Source: Candidatus Multivoradales bacterium | Lineage (GTDB): Bacteria > Acidobacteriota > Thermoanaerobaculia > Multivoradales > Multivoraceae | Length of the DNA: 64,000 nt | Assembly: GCA_965223325.1 (NCBI GenBank) | Contig: CBDCWI010000001.1 | Coordinates: forward strand, 1,856,001-1,920,000 | Reading direction: 5' to 3' | Part shown: piece by piece, positions 59,048-64,000 of the stretch | Layout of the letters: each line of letters begins with the position of its first letter | Position numbering within the stretch: the stretch's first letter is position 1 | Program-made: the position numbers and the translations under genes | The notes under the pieces: model-generated | Told to the model about the DNA's origin: nothing | The model's database searches: none | What the model saw: only the letters and a program-made list of their open reading frames with translations

Positions 59048-59072
59048 CGAGTCTGGCCAAGGGCCAGACTCG
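59048..59072. terminator. Perfect hairpin between convergent genes
   Basis: CGAGTCTGGCC-AAG-GGCCAGACTCG directly after the 59045 stop; no U-tract. Confidence 0.55.
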
Positions 59073-59328
59073 CGTCCGATTCGGCATGGCTTTCCGAGTG
59101 TCGCGCCGCCGTCGACCTCTAAGGTTCTGCGGTCTGATCGGGCATCGTCGTGGCGGTCAGGCCGCGAGTGGGACCTCACCCCCCGAAGGAGGCCCTACAG
59201 CGCAGCGGCGACCAGCACGATCCCCAGGCCAACCGCCGAGTAGATCGAATAGATCTCGACGAAGAGAAGGCGCTACTCGGCTGAGCCGCTGCTCTGGAGA
59301 ACCGCTCTCGGTGGACTGGATCTCCCCG

Positions 59329-60159
59329 CTACAGCCGATCGCCGCAGAACTTGCAGTGTTTGGCGTCGGGGGCATGGCCTGACTTGAGGCAGCTCGGGCA
59401 GACCTCGGTTGTCACGCCCTGCTGCTTTGCCTGCGCGAGCTCGACCGAAAAGATGCCGGTCGGGATGATGATCATGCAGTAGCCGAGGACCATGGCGACC
59501 GCCGAGAGCGCCTGGCCGAACGGTGTTTCTGGGGCGATGTCGCCGTAGCCAACGGTGGTCACGGTCACGATGGCCCAGTAGATGCCTCGCGGAATGCTCG
59601 AGAAGCCCTCGTTGGTTTGACCTTCGACGACATACATCACCGAGCCCATGATCATCACCAGGGTCATGACGACAAACAGGAAGACCGCGATCTTGGCGCG
59701 GGTCGCAGCGACCGCCCGCAGAAGAGAGTTCATTTCGGTGACATAGCGGGCCGCCTTGAAGATCCTGAAAATGCGCAACAGGCGTAGGCCTCGGATGACG
59801 ACCAGGGCGTGCGAGCCGGTGAAGATCAAGCTGAGATAGCTGGGAAGGATCGCCAGAAGATCGATGATTCCGAAGAAGCTCCGGGCGTAGACCGCCGGGC
59901 GCTTCACGGCCAGGAGACGTAGAACGTACTCAATCGTAAACAGGACCGTGAAGATCCACTCTGCAACCCGCAACAACAAACCATGCTGCGCCTTGATCGA
60001 CTCGACGCTCTCCAGTACTACCGCCAGAATGGAAAGCACGATCAACACGAGAAGGGCAACGTCGAAGAACTTGCCCGCCGGTGTCTCGGCCTCGAAGATC
60101 ACCTCGTAGAGTTCGAGTTTCCAGTCTCGGGTGGCGGTGTGTGGTGCGGGATGATCCAT
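59329..60159 (-). CDS. Voltage-gated-type potassium channel (6TM ion transporter)
   Basis: S4 IRGLRLLRIFRIFK, filter TVTTVGYGD, C-terminal CPSC...CKFCG. Confidence 0.95.
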   Translation of the reverse strand: MDHPAPHTATRDWKLELYEVIFEAETPAGKFFDVALLVLIVLSILAVVLESVESIKAQHGLLLRVAEWIFTVLFTIEYVLRLLAVKRPAVYARSFFGIIDLLAILPSYLSLIFTGSHALVVIRGLRLLRIFRIFKAARYVTEMNSLLRAVAATRAKIAVFLFVVMTLVMIMGSVMYVVEGQTNEGFSSIPRGIYWAIVTVTTVGYGDIAPETPFGQALSAVAMVLGYCMIIIPTGIFSVELAQAKQQGVTTEVCPSCLKSGHAPDAKHCKFCGDRL

Positions 60160-60295
60160 ACTTCGGAGCGTATCTCAGCGCTCTTGGAAAGTGCGCCGAA
60201 GCCCGACGTAGACTGCGGCTTGTTTCCTTTCCGAAACGGCCCCAACTGTTCACTCGCTGAGCGGCGAGGGTCTTCATCCAGGAGTGCAACTGCCT

Positions 60296-61225
60296 ATGAC
60301 CTCCACCCACGACTCCCTTTCCGACCCGCGCAACGAGAACGTCCAGATCTGGATGAACGGTGACCTCGTACACCGCGATGAGGCGCGGATCTCGGTGTTT
60401 GATTCCGGGTACCTGGTCGGTGACGGCGTCTGGGAAGGCCTGCGCTTGCACGATGGCTACTTCGCCTACCTTGACGAGCATCTCGATCGCCTCTTTCAGG
60501 GCGCCGCCGCAATCCATCTCGACATCGGTCTTTCACGAAGCGAACTCACGGCGGCGCTCTACGAGACCGTCCAGGCCAACAACATGACGACCGGCGTGCA
60601 TGCGCGACTGATGGTGACGCGCGGGGTGAAGAAGACACCGTCGCAGGACCCACGCCTGGTCATTGGACGGCCGAACATCGTGATCATCGCCGAGCACAAG
60701 CGCGCCGACCCTGAAACCACCAGGAAGGGCGTGCGTCTCTTCACCTCCACCGTGCGCCGTGGCTCGCCGGACTACCTCGACCCGAGGCTCAACTGCCATT
60801 CGAAGCTGCACGAAGTGATCGCACTCGCGCAAGCCATCGAAGCCGGCGGCGACGAGGCGCTGATGCTCGACATCCATGGCTTCGTCGCGACCTGTAACGC
60901 CACCAACTTTTTCATCGTCCGGAGCGGCGAAGTGTGGACATCGACTGGCCAGTACTGCATGAATGGCATTACGCGCAGGAAGATCGTCGACGTCTCAGTC
61001 GCTGCCGGGATGACAGCCCGGGAGAAGAACTTCTCCTTGACCGACGTGTACGACGCCGACGAGAGTTTCGTTACCGGAACCTTCGGCGGCGTCACGCCAG
61101 TCACCGAGATCGACGGTCGCATCATCGGAACCGGCGCAGAAGGCCCCGTCACCACGAGCCTCCGCAAGCTCTACGAGCACGCCATCCACGAACACATCGA
61201 GAAGCAGCGCCAAGCAACCCGCTAG
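60296..61225 (+). CDS. Class IV PLP aminotransferase (BCAT/D-amino acid transaminase-like)
   Basis: DSGYLVGDGVWEG, HLDRL, HSKL, GITR, ADESFVTGTFGG. Confidence 0.93.
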   Translation: MTSTHDSLSDPRNENVQIWMNGDLVHRDEARISVFDSGYLVGDGVWEGLRLHDGYFAYLDEHLDRLFQGAAAIHLDIGLSRSELTAALYETVQANNMTTGVHARLMVTRGVKKTPSQDPRLVIGRPNIVIIAEHKRADPETTRKGVRLFTSTVRRGSPDYLDPRLNCHSKLHEVIALAQAIEAGGDEALMLDIHGFVATCNATNFFIVRSGEVWTSTGQYCMNGITRRKIVDVSVAAGMTAREKNFSLTDVYDADESFVTGTFGGVTPVTEIDGRIIGTGAEGPVTTSLRKLYEHAIHEHIEKQRQATR

Positions 61226-61235
61226 CACCCCCACC

Positions 61236-62593
61236 CAGTCGGGGGGACTTTCCCACCCCAACGAGGGGGCCGCGCCCGCCCGCCCCCGCAGCCAGTCGGG
61301 GCCCCCGCACACCGTCGGGGGGACTTTCCCGACCCCAGTCACGGTTCGCGAAACCTCGTAATTCGCCCCGGTTTGGCCTCGCTGCAAGGCTGCGCAGGCG
61401 TTCTGCGTCCCATGTCATATGGGAGCAAAACCGAGATACGTACCAACGACCGACAGCGGGCCGGAACCAGTCATGCTGACCGCCCGCATTACCAACGGAA
61501 CCTTCCTGCTCAAGCCCGACTCTGAGCAGCGATCACACATGAACGGCATCATCGGCCGCGCACAGCGCAAGACCGAGATCCCCATCTACGCCGTCGACTA
61601 TCAGGTCAACCACCACCATTTCCTGGTCGGTGCACGAGACGCCCAGCAGCTGGCGGACTTCATGTACCGCGTCCAGCAGCAGACGAGCGTCGAGATCCGC
61701 ATTCGCCATGGCTGGAAGGGCCCGAAATGGGAAACGCCCTACAAACCGTCCTTTATCGGGCGCGACCCTGCCGATACGTCGAAGCGTTTCCGCTACGTCC
61801 TGGCGCAGGGCTGTGCGGCGGGCCTGGTGTCTTCACCTCTCAAGTGGCCTGGGGTGACCGTCGCGCGGGCCTTGTGGGAAGGGAAGTTCGAGCTCGAGGG
61901 CGAGTGGGTCGACCACACGGCCTACAGCCGGGCCAAGCGTACGAAGGCTGGGCGTCACTTGACGAAGAAGGACTTCACGAAGAAGGAAACGGTGGTGATT
62001 TCGAAGCTCCCGGGCCTTGACCACCTGAGTGACGAGGACTACTGCGAGTGGGTGCGCGAGATGATTCGCGGGATCGAACGCGAGACGCGAGCGCGTCATA
62101 AACGGGAAGGCACGAAGCCTGCCGGCCAGTGGAAGCTCTTTCGGTTGAGCCCTTTCGGGACTCCCAGGAAAATGGCTCTGGGCCCTTGTCCGCTGGTGAT
62201 TGCCAGCAATGAGGACGAGCAGCAGCGGTTGCTGGCTGCTTTTGACTGGGTGTGGCGGGCGCACCGGCTGGCGCGGGACCGTCAGCGTGAGGGAGAACTC
62301 GACGTGAAGTTCCCAGAGGGGACGTTTCCGAGCCCGCGACCCTTCGAGACGGTCCAGGCACTGAGGGCCGGCCCTTGATTCAGCGCGCTAGCTGAGCCGG
62401 CGACAGGGCGCCCAGTCGGCCCGCGGTGGCGCGGGCCTGGCGGAGCTGCGTTTGCGGCTGGCGGAAAGGGGGTAACGGGTGGCTGGCGGGGCGTTCTGAA
62501 GGGCGAAACGGGCCTGCGATGGGCTCAGGAGGTGCCGAGGAAGCGAGGTGGCGGCGCCGCCGCCGCCACGGCTTGGGAAAGTCCCCCCGACTG
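61236..62593 (+). mobile_element. HUH/Y1 (RAYT-like) transposase locus bounded by 20-bp inverted repeats
   Basis: CAGTCGGGGGGACTTTCCCA at 61236-61255 and its exact reverse complement at 62574-62593; extra direct copy at 61314-61330. Confidence 0.75.
61419..62378 (+). CDS. REP-associated tyrosine transposase-like (IS200/RAYT HUH) protein
   Basis: N-terminal LTAR (T.R), VNHHHFLV HUH motif, W.GP.W..PY, RYVLA catalytic-Tyr region, GLV..P..WPG, C-terminal V.FP.G.F. Confidence 0.85.
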   Translation: MGAKPRYVPTTDSGPEPVMLTARITNGTFLLKPDSEQRSHMNGIIGRAQRKTEIPIYAVDYQVNHHHFLVGARDAQQLADFMYRVQQQTSVEIRIRHGWKGPKWETPYKPSFIGRDPADTSKRFRYVLAQGCAAGLVSSPLKWPGVTVARALWEGKFELEGEWVDHTAYSRAKRTKAGRHLTKKDFTKKETVVISKLPGLDHLSDEDYCEWVREMIRGIERETRARHKREGTKPAGQWKLFRLSPFGTPRKMALGPCPLVIASNEDEQQRLLAAFDWVWRAHRLARDRQREGELDVKFPEGTFPSPRPFETVQALRAGP

Positions 62594-62651
62594 TTTGGGG
62601 GGTGGGGTGGGGCGGCGCCGCTGGCCGGGCCGCGGTTATGCGGGGCGGGGT

Positions 62652-63233
62652 TCAGCCTTCCTCGATCGATTCGTGCAGGCGATCGCGAAGGGCCTTGATC
62701 TGGGCGATTGCTTTGCCGTCGAGGACTGCGCGGAAGTCGTCGTCCCAACCCTTGACCACGACCTCGATGGTCAGGGCGTTGGCCAGTTCGCCGAGCGCAT
62801 CTGCTGACAGTACGCCGACGACCGCCTCGCCTCGCCGTTTGTTGGGCTCGGTGTCGTGGCGCACAATGCGCAGCTCGCGTTTTGGGTGATTGTCGGCCTG
62901 GACCCAGAAAGTGTGCGGCACGATCGCCTCGCCGCGCATCGAGATCCAGAGCACTGCGACCAGACCGGCGCCGCGCTCTTCGACAATGCGCAGCTCGCCT
63001 CGACGTGCTTTACCACGCGGGGCGTCTTCGCTGAGTTTGAGACCACCAGTGGCGGTTGCCGTGGCCCTGGGCCGACGGTTGCGCAGCAGGGAGCGAACGA
63101 GGTCGTAGAGATCAACGCCGAGAACCTGCGCTTCTGCAGGACCTGGGAGCGCCAGTTGCGGCGGAACTCCGAAGAGTAGGGCCACAGTAACCGCCATGGC
63201 CGGCCGAAGACGGGACCGAGCGTCGGGGCTCAC
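62652..63233 (-). CDS. Secreted hypothetical protein
   Basis: Signal-like N-terminus (AEA); GTGA overlap with the ankyrin gene stop. Confidence 0.55.
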   Translation of the reverse strand: MSPDARSRLRPAMAVTVALLFGVPPQLALPGPAEAQVLGVDLYDLVRSLLRNRRPRATATATGGLKLSEDAPRGKARRGELRIVEERGAGLVAVLWISMRGEAIVPHTFWVQADNHPKRELRIVRHDTEPNKRRGEAVVGVLSADALGELANALTIEVVVKGWDDDFRAVLDGKAIAQIKALRDRLHESIEEG

Positions 63234-63961
63234 AGCGGTTCCCCCAGCAGGTAGCTCTCGAGACCCAAGGCGCGGGCTTCACTGTCACCGCTCTCGGTAT
63301 CTCGACTGGCGGCTACAGCATCAGCGTGGATCATATGTTCGCCGAAGCAGAGCGCATCGAGCACCGCCGCAGATCGCAGGTGCCAGCTCGCCCAGGTCAG
63401 AGGTGAGTCTCCGTTCGCGTCGCGGGCATCGACCTTCGCACCCGCCGCGATCAGTTTCCGAATCGAGCGCAAACTACCGAAGGCGGCTGCCCGGTGAAGT
63501 GGCATCTCACCACGGGTTCGCACATCACGCATGAACGACCCTGTCTCTGCGCCGGCTCTAGTCCTCACGTTCACCTCGGCACCGTGCGACAGCAACACGT
63601 CGACGACTCGGTCGGAGCGCCCGTTCGCACGCTTGGTGAACGCAGCGTGCAGCGGCCGCTCGAGGGTCTCTGGCTGTGAATGATTGACATCGGCACCTGC
63701 CTCGACCAGAAACTGCACCAGGCGCCAATGCCCATGGAAGACAGCACCGTTGAGATCGAGGTTCTCTCCTAGCGACGCCAACGACTCTCCGCTGTCCACT
63801 AGAGCGCGCACCGCGCTCACGTCGCCGTAGTAGGCACACCAACGGATGACCGGAGTCCCGTTTCCATCGCGAACCGCGGAAGAACCACCATCGGCCAGCA
63901 ATGAGAAGACCAGATCGGTGCGGCCCGCGGCGATGCGTTCGATGTACTTGGGAACTTGCAT
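63230..63961 (-). CDS. Ankyrin repeat protein
   Basis: LVEAGADVN, RPLHAA, LLSHGAEVN, GEMPLHRAAAFG, GDSPLTWA; AGGAG RBS. Confidence 0.93.
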   Translation of the reverse strand: MQVPKYIERIAAGRTDLVFSLLADGGSSAVRDGNGTPVIRWCAYYGDVSAVRALVDSGESLASLGENLDLNGAVFHGHWRLVQFLVEAGADVNHSQPETLERPLHAAFTKRANGRSDRVVDVLLSHGAEVNVRTRAGAETGSFMRDVRTRGEMPLHRAAAFGSLRSIRKLIAAGAKVDARDANGDSPLTWASWHLRSAAVLDALCFGEHMIHADAVAASRDTESGDSEARALGLESYLLGEPL

Positions 63962-64000
63962 GAGATGCTCCTGCCCTCGTGAACCGTCGGTTTTGACTAT

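Overview
GC-rich (roughly two-thirds G+C by eye), gene-dense bacterial chromosomal window with about 53 CDS. The Oar-like TonB-dependent receptor, the acidobacterial-type VWA protein, a giant carboxypeptidase-regulatory-repeat protein and ECF/anti-sigma modules suggest Acidobacteriota (Thermoanaerobaculia-like); this is inference. I saw no rRNA, tRNA or CRISPR array. Recognisable blocks: a SecA2-like ATPase with a C-terminal hydrophobic tail; a CYP102/BM3-type P450-reductase fusion overlapping a Rieske oxygenase, downstream of a cysteine dioxygenase and its divergent Lrp/DecR-like regulator; hutU-hutH-hutI behind a secreted M20 dipeptidase; TonB, a TonB-dependent receptor and a VWA gene, the last two with sigma54-like promoters; a duplicated ~145-bp triple-hairpin element; and an HUH (RAYT-like) transposase bracketed by perfect 20-bp inverted repeats. 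The best candidate for an undescribed system is the co-oriented cluster at 50.2-57.1 kb: Ca2+/cation antiporter, CASTOR/POLLUX-like channel, RimB-like protease, RimK-RCK_C fusion, aspartoacylase-like hydrolase and YceI. It may couple cation flux to poly-glutamate synthesis and turnover (hypothesis).
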